NCBI GenBank assembly: GCA_965112735.1
Contig: OZ218961.1
Location: forward strand, 3,224,001-3,288,000
Direction: 5' to 3'
DNA length: 64,000 bases
Origin: Phaeosaccion multiseriatum
Taxonomy: Eukaryota; Protista; Ochrophyta, other classes
Shown: positions 23,326 through 35,602 of the stretch, in pieces
Numbering within the stretch: position 1 is the first letter of the stretch
Layout: each line of letters begins with the position of its first letter
Notes under the pieces: model-generated
Database searches by the model: none
Seen by the model: the letters and a program-made list of their open reading frames with translations, nothing else
Told to the model about the DNA's origin: nothing
Made by a program: the position numbers and the translations under genes

Positions 23326-26300
23326 TCAGGACCACACATCGAGGACGTATCTGCCGCGCCCCTTCATGTCCTTCAGCAAGAGGTCCACCTCCGCCCCGCT
23401 CATGCCTGCGGGCCGTGACCCTGCCCCTGCCCCTGTATCACCAACTGCTGGGCTGTGGCTGTCACTTGGAGGCTCCATGAGCAAGTCCCTGAGTGCCACG
23501 TGCACGTCCTGCGCCATGCGGTTTCCGTCTCCACATACGAACACATAGGCGTTCTGCGTGAGGATGAGGTCCCTGAGCTCTGCCCCTGCCTCCCTGATCA
23601 AGGACGTCACATACACCTTGTCAGCGCTCGCGTCGGCCTCCTTACCGCCGCGCAATTGCTTAGGGTTGGGATTGCTTGCAGACCACAGCCCGTCGCCACC
23701 ATCAGCTCCACCCGCACCCGCCCCCCCTTCTCCTGCTCCTCCTCCTCCTCCTCCCTCTCCCGGCGCCTGCGCCCCCTGCACGGCGTCTCTGGAGAAGGCG
23801 AGCTGCAAGTGGTCAAGCACTCCCTCCTCACGGAACCGCTGCATCTCCCCCTCGAAGATCCAGTCCTGCGAGCGGTGCCTGCAGCCAAAGAAGAGCCACA
23901 CCTGCCCCCTTCCCTCCCCGTCCTTGTACTCTCCCAGCCCATCCGCCTCGCCCTGCAGATCAAGTTCGAAGCCCCCCCTCCACACGCCCTCACACACACT
24001 GGCCTGCAGCTCCTCCTCGCGCCTCAGCAGGGCCTGGCGGTGCTGCAGGAAGCCGATGAAGGGCGCCACTCCTGTGCCCGGCCCGATGAGGATGATGGGC
24101 CACTTGCTGTTGCCCGGCAGCTGGAACTCCTTCGTGGGGCGGAGGAAGAGCGGCACCACAATCTCACTCGCACCGGGAGGAGGAGCGGGGACAGCAAGCC
24201 CAGCAGCGCCGGCCCCGGCTGCGGCAGCGACAGCACCAGAACCCACAGGGGGTGGTGACAGCGATCGCCCCGACTCCAACCCGCCCCTTGCACCCGGATA
24301 CCCCAGTCCCTCCCTCGAGAGGCGCCGGTGCTTGATGAAGGGAGCTGCGAGGCCCTCGAGCCAATTGGTGCACACGCCGTGTCGCACCACATGGCCGTGC
24401 GTCTTGCCGAGCGCCTGCTGCTGCTCCTCTGAGAAGGGCGGCTCCAGTTGGAACTTGACCACGCTGAAGGCGATGGCGAGGTGGTTGCCCAGCGCCAACT
24501 GTGACGAGCACACGGAGTAGAATCGAGCACGCTGCAGGGGGAGGAGCGCCAGCAGAGACTCCAGCGGGGGTTGACACGCGGGGAACATCTCGAGCAGCTC
24601 GGGGATGGTCAGGCCTGATCAAGGATGGCAGTGGACGGAATGGTGTATATGGTGTTCGATATTGTTAAGGGCCCACACACTTAAAACTGAAATCTGGCTC
24701 TAGAATGGGCGGACGGGGAGTACGGCGCTCACTCATGCCATGCCTCGACGCGACAAGAAGAAAGGACACTCACTTCCTCTTCCTCCCCTCCCCCACGATT
24801 GAACTAACGCATCTATCCCTGACTCTCGACACGGCCGCGTGGCACGTCTTACCTTGGCCCTCGACGAAGCTTGAGTACTCCTTGCTGCCCGCCTGGCGGC
24901 TGCACAGAAGCAGCAACCGTCTGCGGGGGGACGGCAGCAGATGGCAGTGACGAGGGGAGAGTCGAGATTGAGCAAATTTACTTACTTACACACTTACACA
25001 CACTTGATCGCCTTCCGCCCCCCCCCCCCCTCCCCTCCTCTTCCCTTCTCCTCCTCCGCCCCACCCACCTCTTCTGCTCCTTGTCGCCCTTGGTGTAGTG
25101 CGCCAATACGCGCAGCTGTCTCTTCAGTGGCACGGAGCACAGGTCCAGATGTGACGTGAGGGCGTCCCTCACAGTTACAGGGGAGGGCAGTCCCGAAGCG
25201 TCGTGCGTGAAGAGAGAGTCCACGCCCTCGCCTTGGGGCAGCAGAGAGGCCACGCGGTGCAGCATGAATGCCACCACAGGGGCGGGGTTGGGGCACCTGC
25301 AACAGCAGCAGCAGCAGTTGGTGATACGGGATACGTGGGTCAAGGGCAGCAGCAGCAGGAGCAACATTGAGGGGTGCGGTGGCTTAGCAAGCGGACTCTC
25401 TCTCTATCTCTCACACACACAAACACACACAAACACACACACACAGAAGGAGCGAGCCGAAGCTGTTGAGCCCCCCCCCCCCCACCCCACTCCCCTCACT
25501 CTGGCGATTCATCAAGTCAATGGATGCCTACCCTCTCTCGCCGCCGCACTGTAGCCCCCACCCCCCACACTTCCCTCAATCTTGTCACTCTCGCCACTCA
25601 CCGGATGCCGATGGCGTCCCCTGGGGTGTATCGAATGGCAGAGTGTCCCAGCGCGAGCTCCAGGTGAAGCACGCGACGCTCGGCCTTGGCCCCTCCCCCA
25701 GTGAGGTACCGGGCGGCGCTGAGGGTGGCTGGAAAGGGGCTGCTTGCTGTGTAGGGACTCTCGATGGACATGGAGCGGCCCCGGCCCCAGCCAAAGCGGG
25801 GACTCTTCATCCCGTTGGCGGGCGCCTCCTGCTCAGCCTCTCCGTTAAGAAGACCCAGTCCGGCTCCCCCTCCGGCTCCCTTCCCGCCCCCCTTCTCCCC
25901 TCCTCCGCCTCCTCCTGCCCCCTTTGGCAGCCACTGCAGCGCCCACTTCTTGTCCCTTAGCCTGGGGATCTCCTCCTCGTGCAAGAGCGACTCGGGATCC
26001 AAAGTGTGGGGCCGCAGGAACAGGTTCAGGCCCATCACCCCCACAGCCAATATCGACCCCGAGGGCTTGGGAGGGGGCGCGGGCGTGCAGGGCTCTAAAG
26101 CAAGGGCGTCGTCGCCATCATCCTTGGCCAAGGCCTCTGCCTGCTTCATGCCCTCCTCTGCCAAGGCCTTCGCCTTTGCCTTGGCCTTGAGCAGCAGCGC
26201 GTGCTCCTCGGGGAATTCCTCCTCCGTCATGATCGCTTGGGCCAAAGAGAAGCACTTCACCGCCTCCGCGCCGCCAGCGCGATACACATCACGGGCAGCA

Positions 26301-28421
26301 CTGGCCTTGCTCTTAGTGCCGCTACTCTCATCATCGTCGAAGTACTGCTCGCACACCTGCTTTTCAAGCCGCGCCAGGAGCAGGTTTCCGAGCAGCCTCT
26401 GCAGCCTCGCCCACTCCTGTGGCTGTTCCTCGGCGCTCAGCCCCTTCAGTGCCTGCCTTAGCTTGTCGATGCTTTCCTCCCCTCCATCTCCGTCTCCGGC
26501 TGCGCCGGCCGACCCTGGCTTGGCCTGTATCACCAACTGTTCCTCCTTGCCCTGCTCCGCCCACGCTGTGTCCAGCGCCGGCCACAGCCCCTTTAACCAC
26601 GGCTCCACCACGTCCTCGAGCCCCGTGCCCTCGTCCGCGCTGCCCGTGGCGTAGAAGCGCTTGCCCCCCAGCTCCATGAGCCGGGTGTCGATGCTCTTGC
26701 CCATGTAACAGAACTTGTCGTAGTTGGTGTCCCCAAGGCCCAGCATGCAATACCCCAAGCCCTCGTACAGCGTCTTGGAGTGAGTACGCTTCCTCAGAAA
26801 CCGCCAGAACTTGGCGCAGTTGTCGGGCGGGTCGGCATTGCCTGCGCTCCATCGACACGATAACCACCATACATGGTCGCAGATGGCAGCAAATGGCCAC
26901 AGATGGCAGACGATTGACACCCACAACGCGCACCAACATCCAGGAGAGAGGACAGGAGCAAGAGAAGCAAGAGAAGCAAGAGAGGCGTGTATCAGGGGTT
27001 GTCAGTACCAGGGGGAAGGGGGATCAGCACAGCACAGGAGGGACAGACAGACAGGCAGGCAGACAGGCAGACAGACAGACAGGCAATGGGCAGCAGCACA
27101 CCGCCAAGTGCCAAACAACACAGCACACACAGGGCACACACCTGTGGTGGAGCACACCATGACCGCCAGCCCACCCTCCTGGGCGTTCTTGTGCTGATCG
27201 AGGCCCATGCCTGCCGCCTCCAGCTTCTGCCAGTCGTTCATGGCCAGCAGCGTGGACTCGATGCCTCTGCCTTTGCTTTCCTCGTGAATGCCCTCCGCTA
27301 TACTCTGCGCGTTGCCCGTCTCCGAGCCGTACATAACCACGAGCCTCCTCTTCCTACTCGTTCTAGCCGCCTTTGCCTTTTCGCTCACCATTGCTGCCTG
27401 CTGCTCCTGGTCCTGCCCGACCGCCCCTTGTTCCTCCTTTACCGGTGGGGGCTTCTCGACTGCCCCCAGCTCGCGCACAGCCGCCTCCAGCGCGGGCCAC
27501 ACCCCCTCCAGCCACGGCTCCACCACATCCTCCAGCCCCGTGCCCTCGTCCGCCCAGCCCGGCTCGTAGAAGCGCTTAGCCCCGAGCTCTCTGAGGCGCA
27601 GATCGATGCCCTTGCCCATGGGACAGAACTTGTCGTAGTTGGAGTCCCCAAGGCCCAGCATGGCGAAGTGCAGGCCGTCGTAGAGCGTCTTGGAGTGCGT
27701 GCGCTTCCTGAGAAAGCGCCAGAACTTGGCGCAGTTGTCGGGCGGATCAGCGTTACCTGCGTAGTGGGGACGCTCTGTTGGGTGAGATGGCGGGAGGCGG
27801 CCCTGACCCTGCGAGCAGTGGCGTCCAGCACTGCGCTTGTGCGTGGGAAGAGCAAGGCCTACAGCTGCCTACTTGCCAAAACGAGCACCGGCATATGGAA
27901 GAACAGTGCCACTAGAGGTGGGTGCATAGGTTAGAGGGCGACGCGACACACCTGTGGTGGAGCACACCATCACCGCGAGGCCCGGGGCGTTCTTGTGCTG
28001 ATCGAGGCCCATGCCTGCCGCCTCCAGCTTCTGCCAGTCGTTCATGGCCAGCAGCGTGGAGTCGTAGCCTTTACCTTTGCAGTCCTCGTGGAAGGCCTCT
28101 GCTATGCTCTGCGCGTTGCCCGTCTCCGAGCCGTACATAACCACGAGCCTGTGTCAGCACCGGAGGCAGCGGAATGATTGGGTCAGGAAAAGCACAACGA
28201 CTTCTTGAGAGAGACAGCGAGAGGGCATCTCCATCGAGCGAGAAAGCAGTCAGCGAGAGAGAAAGGGAGGGGGCGTCTTCAGCGAGCGGGAGATAGGGCA
28301 AGTGGGCGGGTCGAAGCTGGGGCCCAAGGAAAAAGCAGATGATGTCCGACCCACGTGAATCTAACCGATTCCGAGCACACCACAGATACAACCTGAACTG
28401 TCCGCATGCTCACCTTCTCAT
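23326..28421 (-). CDS. MTRR: Methionine synthase reductase-like diflavin oxidoreductase with two flavodoxin domains
   Basis: Approximate exons 28414-28421, 27952-28148, 27142-27756, 25601-26841, 25061-25297, 24853-24920 and 23326-24614; motifs YGSETGNAQSIAE (x2), LGLGD.NYDKFC (x2), RFYSVCSS, GVCTNWL, IGPGTGVAPFIGFLQHR and RYVLDVWS. MTRR is preferred over CPR/NDOR1 from motif flavour and the absence of a membrane anchor. Confidence 0.8.
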
Positions 28422-28811
28422 GTTTCCCTCTCCCTCCTGGTCACACGCAACCATTACGCAGCTTCTTCTATACTCTCTATACTGCGGTTTTTGCGGCCAT
28501 TGTACAAAAATCTACCTCGCGAGGAGCGCGCGCAAAACCCTATGAAGCTGAAACTGAAACTGACTCTGACCCCACAAATTTGCGCCTGTAACCGCCATCG
28601 TGCTTACCTCAGCGGGGCGTTTGCTTCATTATTTGGCTCTCGCGTGCTGTGCTTTGCAATTGCTTGGGGGGGGGAGAATATGAATGCAAGCGCAAGGGTA
28701 AAGGGCGCAGAGATCTAGGAAGGGAACAAGGCAGATGAGAGAGAAAAGGAGGAAATTCCCGCCTGACGGGCCTTGAGGCTCTCTCTCTCTTTTGCCGGAA
28801 ACTCAAGAAGA

Positions 28812-30779
28812 ATGTCGATGCAGCAATCGCGGCCGGGGGAGAAGCGGGGGCGGAATGTGGGGACTAGCGCGGAGGTTTGGACGGTGTTGGAGCTTCTGGA
28901 GTGGCTAAACGGCCTCCTGCAGCTGTCCGCCATGGATGGGGACGACCCCCTCGTTTCCCTCAAGGAGACGTGCAGCGGCGCCCACTTCTGCGCGGTGCTG
29001 GATGGCATGCTGCCCGGCAAGATGAACATGCGCTCCATCATCTGGGGCAAGAAGGACCAGGTGTTGGAGCAGGAGGCCGCATCCAACTTCCGCAGGCTGG
29101 ACGAGGTGATGCATAGACACGGCCTCGACTGTCCCCTGGACTATAGCACCATGCTTGCTGCAAAGCCTTCCTCGGTGCTGGAGCTGTGGAACTGGTTCAA
29201 GAACACGAGTAACCAGCCCCAGTACGGCCTCCTCAGGGACTACAAGGCCAAGGCAAGGCGGAGGCTATGCAAGAGGAGCAAAATGACCAAAAAGAGGGGC
29301 GACAACCTCTTAGGGAGACCAATAGGAATGCAGCAGCAGCAGCAACAGCAGCAACAGCAGCAACAGCAGCAGCAGCGGGGCCAGGACAAGGGCCAGGGTC
29401 AACAGAGGGGAGACGCTCACAGCGGAAGAAGCCGGAGGCAGCAGCTGCAGCTGACGCAGGAGCTAACGACCAAAGGGGTTCGGAGTATGTCTCACTCGCC
29501 AGTCCCGGGTGCGAGCAGCTTACGGCAGGCGGGCGGGCGGGGCAGGGTGCTGTCCCCCCGAGCGGTCAGCGACTCGCACGCGCCCACAAGGGTCAGGGCC
29601 ACCTTCGGAGCCTTCGAGCAAGGGGTAATAGGCCAGGCCGTGGACGGGGGTGATGGAGAAAAGAAGCAGGGGGAGCGAGGGGAGGAGAAGCGGGAGGAGG
29701 AGGAGGAGGAGGGGAATATGGATGGCAGTTTCGACAGCAGCCGGGACTGGGATGTGACGGGAGAGGGCGGCGGCAAAGCCAGTGCTGTGTCACCCGCCTC
29801 TGTCTCCCCAACCCGGCCTGCCAACTTGCCCAACAGCGGGCGAAGGCGACCAGCTCCCACTTCGCGCGCACACACGCAGCTGGGGCAGAGCAACGGCAGG
29901 CTGGGCCGGAAGGGCGGAGGAGGTGACATGTCTTCGTCAGAGAGGCCAGTGGGAAGAAAGGTAGAGGTGCCTTCGCTGGTGCCGCCGGACGTGGGTCTCA
30001 TGGCCAAGGCTCTGTTAGGGTATCACCCAAAAGTTCCGCATGGGAGTGTGCTGCACACGGAGCTAACAGCGTTGGGCCTCGCGGGGCCCAAACAGGCGCT
30101 AACTGCGCTGGTGCTAGCGGAGGAAGAGGAGGAGGAGGAGAGGGCGGGGCCAGAGATACCGAGGGGGGATGATTATTGCGGAGCGGGGCGAAGGGGGCGA
30201 GAGGAGGAGGAGGCCGGCGGGGAGCCTCAGAAGCAGCAGGTGCGGGGGTTGGTGGTCCAGGCGAAGGGTTTACAGATGGGCATAGTGCAGTCGCAGAGGT
30301 ACCAGTACCAGCAGGAGCACCTTGTTCCTGCCCCGGTCTTGCAGCGGAATCGGCACGGAGGCGGTAACGGCAGGGTTGGGGGAGGAGGAGGAGGAGGAGG
30401 AGGAGGCTCACGGAGTGTTGCCGAGGGGCACGACGAGGCAGGAGGGGGGGGGAGTGGTAAAGCTCTGACTTCAGCTCAGGCCGCGGAGAGGGCGGAGCGG
30501 GAACTGAAGGAGGGCCTGAAGCGGCTCGACAAGGGGTTGCACGAGCGAGGCAGGGGGGCGGACAAGGGGAGGGGCAAAGAGGCAAGGGGAGGGGGAGGGG
30601 GAGGGGGAGGGGGAGGGGGAGGCTCAACAGGGGGCCGCGGCGCCAAGGGCTCGCTGCTCAATACGAAGGGGAGCATGGGCAGTATGGCGAGCATGGGTAG
30701 CAGTAGAGGAAGCATCACAAGCCTCGGGTCGTCGCGGGAGCCTACGCGAGGAGGAGGAGGAGGAGAAGAAGGAGGGTGA
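28812..30779 (+). CDS. Protein with an N-terminal EB1-type calponin-homology domain and a long low-complexity tail
   Basis: ELLEWLNGLLQL...ETCSGAHFCAVLDGMLPGKMNMRSIIW...SNFRRLDEVM...LELWNWFK...DYKAKARR resembles the EB1/RP CH domain. Confidence 0.72.
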   Translation: MSMQQSRPGEKRGRNVGTSAEVWTVLELLEWLNGLLQLSAMDGDDPLVSLKETCSGAHFCAVLDGMLPGKMNMRSIIWGKKDQVLEQEAASNFRRLDEVMHRHGLDCPLDYSTMLAAKPSSVLELWNWFKNTSNQPQYGLLRDYKAKARRRLCKRSKMTKKRGDNLLGRPIGMQQQQQQQQQQQQQQQRGQDKGQGQQRGDAHSGRSRRQQLQLTQELTTKGVRSMSHSPVPGASSLRQAGGRGRVLSPRAVSDSHAPTRVRATFGAFEQGVIGQAVDGGDGEKKQGERGEEKREEEEEEGNMDGSFDSSRDWDVTGEGGGKASAVSPASVSPTRPANLPNSGRRRPAPTSRAHTQLGQSNGRLGRKGGGGDMSSSERPVGRKVEVPSLVPPDVGLMAKALLGYHPKVPHGSVLHTELTALGLAGPKQALTALVLAEEEEEEERAGPEIPRGDDYCGAGRRGREEEEAGGEPQKQQVRGLVVQAKGLQMGIVQSQRYQYQQEHLVPAPVLQRNRHGGGNGRVGGGGGGGGGGSRSVAEGHDEAGGGGSGKALTSAQAAERAERELKEGLKRLDKGLHERGRGADKGRGKEARGGGGGGGGGGGGSTGGRGAKGSLLNTKGSMGSMASMGSSRGSITSLGSSREPTRGGGGGEEGG

Positions 30780-31058
30780 GCGGCGACAGAGAGCGTCGGA
30801 CACAGGCGGGGAAGGAAGCCCTCCTCTGTTGAGATGGGAACTGAAACTGCCAGTAGAACTGGCGGGGCTTGCGGCTCCTCCGCACCCGCCAGTCACTCGC
30901 CGCTTTGCTAAGTAAGCGCAATAGCAACAGACTGACGTTGACTCTGCCCCGCCGAGGCCTCTCTATCGTATGTATATATATATAACTATGTACGTCGCTC
31001 GTCGAGATTCTGTGGGAAAGAACCCTTCCCAATGTATGTATGCACAGTGCTGATGACT

Positions 31059-33724
31059 TCAGAGATCGGGAATCTCAGTGGGTGACGCTGCCGCTGCTGC
31101 TGCTGCTGCTGCTGCTGCTGCGGATGCTGCCCCCTCCTCGCCCCCCCCCCCCCCCTCCTCGCCCTCCCCCAACTGCTGCTGCGTCGGCCCCGCGTCGCTC
31201 TCCCTCCTGCAACGCACCCTCCTCACGGGGGGCTCCTCAGCCGTAAGCTTGGGGTGGCCACACAGCGTGGGGCTGGCGACGACCAATTGGTAGTGGCACG
31301 AGTGGTCCTCCATCACCGAGAGCACCTCCGCCCTCCTGCCGCACTGCATGGTCACAGTGGTGCTGCGCCGCACAGACGACACATCACAGGGTGTGCCCAG
31401 CGTGTATTCGACTTCGTACACCTTTCCCGCCTGCCCGTCCCTGCGCTCCACCACGTGGCGGGCCTCATCCCCAGGGAGGAATTCGCTCTCATCGAAGCTG
31501 CCCAGCCAGAAGGAGTCGTCCGCTGCCATCGCCTCGCTCTGGCGCTGCCCGTTCTTGTCGCGGATGTGCGTCGCGTGGTACTGCTTGACGCCCTCCCACG
31601 GGCAGAACTCGTAGGTCCACCAACCCTCAGGACGGGGCGGGAAGCACTTGCCATGCCAGGCGAGCAGGTCCAGCACGCTGCCGTGCTTCTGTAGCTGCAA
31701 GTGTGCGTGGGCCGCTTCTCGACTCTGTGTGTCGCCCCCCCCGTCCGTCGTGGTGGGAGGCGCAGGGGCAGCGGCGGAGGAAGAAGGTACTTGTATGATG
31801 CCCCCGTCCGTCCCGTATCTCTGCTGTGCTTTGCCCGCTCCCGCTCCCGCTGTTGCTCCTCCTCCTCCTCCTCCTCCTCCTCCTCCTCCTCCGGCTACAG
31901 CTGCTGCAGCTCCTGCCGCTCCGTCCATCATCCCTTGGAACTCTCTCGCCACCGCCGCCGCCGCGGCAGGAGGTGGGGAAGCAGTGTTGCCTTTGGCTGT
32001 GGCTTTGGCTAACGCCGGTGCTCCGGGCGCAGGGCACAGCGCATCTGTGCACATGTGCAGGTCGTAGTGGCACTGGTCCTCCGTGCCCTCCGCCCCCTCC
32101 ACTAAGCTCACCAGGTGCAGCTTCATCTCTCCACCGCTTGAGCCCCCTTGCCCCATACGCTCCTCCCCCCCCTCTCCCTCTCCATCGCAGCAACTGTATG
32201 TGACGGTGGTCCGTCGGGGCCTTCCCGTCTCGTCGCACATCTGCCCGTTCTCGTACTCGTCCCGCACAGACAACACCGAGGAGAGGGGCGGGTCGAAGGA
32301 TAATGATCCGGCGGTGGTGGTGGCGTCTGCCTGAGACCCGTGCATCGGCTCCTCCTCTGCTGCTGCTGCTGCTGCTGCTGCCACCGCTGCTGCTACCGCT
32401 GCTGCCGCTGCTGTCTCCCCCTCATCGGGGTAACGGTATGGAGTCTCCCCCAGGTCCAGCTCGAGCAACCCCCCCTCCTCTTCGGAGAGTGCTTCCCCTC
32501 CTGTCTGCTTCTGCACCAGCGCCACCGTCCGCTGATACACCCCGAGGCTGTACACAGGCTCGTTCTTCACCTCCGCCCCCTCTGCAGCTGCCGAGACGGA
32601 CGCGCCCTCCTCGGACACCTCGACCGCCACCGCCACGGGCTCTGCGTGGAACTGCACCACATGTCTCCTGTGGCACCACTCGTAGCTCCAGTAGCCCTGG
32701 TTGATCACCGCGCACATGCCCCGAAGACTAGCCAGTGTCTTCCGCAGCCCCTCCACGGTCGTGGGCCCGTGCCCGTGGCTGGGGCCAAGACTCGGACGCT
32801 GCGGGTGTTGCGCGCTCTCGTGCTCCACTGCCAGGAAGCGCTTCTCTTTGGCTCCTCTCGCGAGCTCCCCCCCTGCGCCAATCACACGCTCCTCACGCTC
32901 CTCACTCTCGTCATACACCACCTCACACACGTACTCCTCTCCGTCGGAGTCTCTGAGGCTGTAGCTGTAGCTCGTCGGCTCCTGCTCAACCTCCCCCCCC
33001 CCCTCCTGCTCCTCCTCCTGGTCCCGGTCGGCCCCTCTCGGCCCCTCATCCGGCAGGTAGCCTACACCAGGGAGGCAACAGAAAGCAGCAAGGGCGTGGG
33101 GAGTGGTGCACAGTACGGGTCACACAAACAGAAATATTCCCATCTACAGAGCGCGGGTCCAGCTGGGGGGAAAGGGACCTTGGACGCAAAGCAACGGCTC
33201 GAGGGAGCCCAAGCCGCCAATCAAACGCGTGCACTGGGGAACAGCCGCGAGAGGCCAGGGGTGCTCTCTCGCTCCTCCCCGCCTGCCATCCATCCGACCG
33301 TCCTGTATTCGTCTCCTACCGGCATTCATCTAGAGGGACAGGTCTCCCTCCTTGGCGAATGCCACAACGTACACGTGGCAAAAGTTGCTGTACCCTTCCA
33401 GCCCCCCCTCGTTGGTGCATTTTGCTTCCACAACTCTCGCCCAGTCTACCCTTGCCACAACAGTCGTCCCCAGGCCTGCTCCTCACCTCCCTCCAGCAGG
33501 CTTTCCTCCAGTAGCGTGAGCGTCCGCTGCTGCCGTAGGGCGTGCAGGATGGAGTTGGTTCTGCTCTGGAGGTCCCCGAGCTTTCCTTCCGTGTCCAGCG
33601 GGAAAAGCGCGCCACCGCCCCCGCCCCCGCCACCGCCCGCCACTCCTACTAGTCCTGCACTAATGAGGACTCCATCCACCCCTCCGAGGAGGAGCAGAGG
33701 GGCAGCGCCGAGCACCAGCCGCAT
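31059..33724 (-). CDS. OS-9/XTP3-B (ERLEC1)-like ER lectin with two MRH domains; exons 33487-33724 and 31059-33061
   Basis: Signal peptide MRLVLGAAPLLLLGG; GYWSYEWCHRRHVVQFH...YENGQMCDETGRPRRTTVTYSC and GWWTYEFCPWEGVKQYH...YTLGTPCDVSSVRRSTTVTMQC; phase-1 GT-AG intron. Confidence 0.88.
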
Positions 33725-33872
33725 CGGAAGGCTTGCTTCTTCCCCTAAAAACTCCCTTCCCTCTCTCAGATGGAGGAAAAACTAAGTCAACGAATTTGAG
33801 CGCGCCCCCCCCTGATAATCCTTCTTCTCCTCTCCTCTTTCCCGACAAGAAGGCCTTGCCCTCTACGCTGTG

Positions 33873-35384
33873 ATGGCACTATGGGCGGTATCTGATCCAC
33901 ATCTGTCCACCCTCTTCAAGACGAAGGGGAGGGGAGGCAGGGAGAAACAGCCGGCTCCGGCCCACCTCCTGAAGAAGGAGCTAGAGGAAAAGGAGCAGCA
34001 GCAGGAGGAGGAGGCGGAGGAGGAGCAGAAGCAGCAGAAGAAGAATCAGGCAGAGAGAAAGAGGAGCTCCGTTCCCACCGTAAAGGTATGTGGAGTCAAG
34101 CCACAGTTTCTGTGCCGTTCCCCTTCCCCTCCCCTCCACCCCCTTATCCCGCGCACTCTGTCATGTCCTACTACCTCAGGAAAGGTTGGAGAGGAAGCTG
34201 CAGCAAAATAGGAAGGAGTTTGCGTTTGGCTTCGCAGAGTTCGAGCTGCACGAGGAGGGGGGGGACGTGACGGGCGCCAAGGAGGAGGAGGGTGGGCACG
34301 GCGCCGGCGCGACGCAAAAGAAGGGCAAGAAAAAGAAAAAGAAGAAGCAAAAGACGAGCAGCGAGACGGAGCCACAGACGGGCCCTGAGAAGGGCGAAGG
34401 AGACGCGGCGCCCAGCAGTGCATGCGAGGGTGGACTCCGGGAGAGTGCAGAGGAGGGGAAGGAGGACGAGGACTTGCTTCGTGAGACGGCCAATCTCGCA
34501 CTCGACGGAGGCAGGCCACGGTCACCAGCGCCAGCAGCAGCACCTCCCGTAGTAGCACCTCCAGCAGCCGCACGCGCTGCCGCCGCGGCCGCAGCAGCTA
34601 GCAGGGCCAAGAAGAAGAACAAGAAGAAGGGGAGTAAGAAGAAGAAGAATAAGGAGGGCTCAGTGTCGTCGTCCTCGGAAGCTCTCGAGGCGGTACGAGC
34701 CGCGCAGCAGGAGGCAGGCAGGCGTAAGGCTGTCGGTCTGGGTCTGGGGCCTCCGCCGGGCCTGCCGCACCCGCCGCAAGGGCTCAAGCTGGTCAGTGCA
34801 GTGCCTCGGGCCTCTCGTGTGCCTCTCGTGTGCCTCTCTCAGCACCCGACTCTCTCTCCCCTTTCCCCCCTCCCCTGAGCAAATTCGCGAGTTTTCCTCC
34901 CCGTTGACCAGCGCCTCCCTTCCCTCCCTCGCCTGGTGTGTGTGTGTGTGTGTGTGTGCAGGAGAGCTGGAAGGACCCCACCCTAAGCGACAAGGAGCGG
35001 CAGAGGCGCAGGTACGGGCAGGGCTTCCGCAACATGGCCGCCATCCACAAGAGGGCTATCAACAGCAGCAACGTTAAGGCCATAGACACCGCCTGGGGCT
35101 CCTCCTCCTCCTCCTCCCGCTCCCCCGCGGAGGGCGATGAGCGTCCTTCGGATGCAACAGGTACAACAGGTACAACAGGTACAACAGGTACAACAGGTAC
35201 AACAGGTACAACAGGTATATGTATGCCTGTGAGCAACACGAGCCCCGCTACGGCCCGGGCCTTGCCGCCCCCCGGATTGCCGCCGCCCGGATTCCCCAAG
35301 GGGGCCGGGGGGGCGCAGGCTCCTCCTCCCTCGACGCAGCAGCTGTTTTCCTTCGGCTTTGACCTCGGAGGGGCGGTGTGGTGA
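33873..35384 (+). CDS. Hypothetical Lys/Glu-rich protein, 3 exons (approx. 33873-34085, 34180-34791, 34962-35384)
   Basis: Phase-0 GT-AG introns join three ORF segments; contains FAFGF and FSFGF motifs. Confidence 0.6.
35155..35216. repeat. 9-bp coding repeat (CAACAGGTA) x ~7 encoding (TGT)n
   Basis: Direct reading. Confidence 0.95.
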
Positions 35385-35518
35385 CCCGCCCCCACAGTGT
35401 GACCTTAACCCTAACCACCCACCCGAGCACTGAGAGGACTGACGCCTCTGGAGGGCAGCACGGACCACTGCCTGTGTGCCTTCGGCAGTGCTGAGGCAGT
35501 GTACCGTCGAGACAGCCA

Positions 35519-35602
35519 CGCAGTGGGCAATGGATAGTCAGAAGGAACGGAGCATCTCCGCAGTGGGCAATGGATAGTCAGAAGGAACGGAGCATCTCCG
35601 CA
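35519..35602. repeat. 40-bp tandem duplication
   Basis: CGCAGTGGGCAATGGATAGTCAGAAGGAACGGAGCATCTC x2. Confidence 0.95.

Noticed and set aside
32340-33785. 481-aa plus-strand ORF
   Set aside because: Antisense to the OS-9-like gene, with no recognisable domain.
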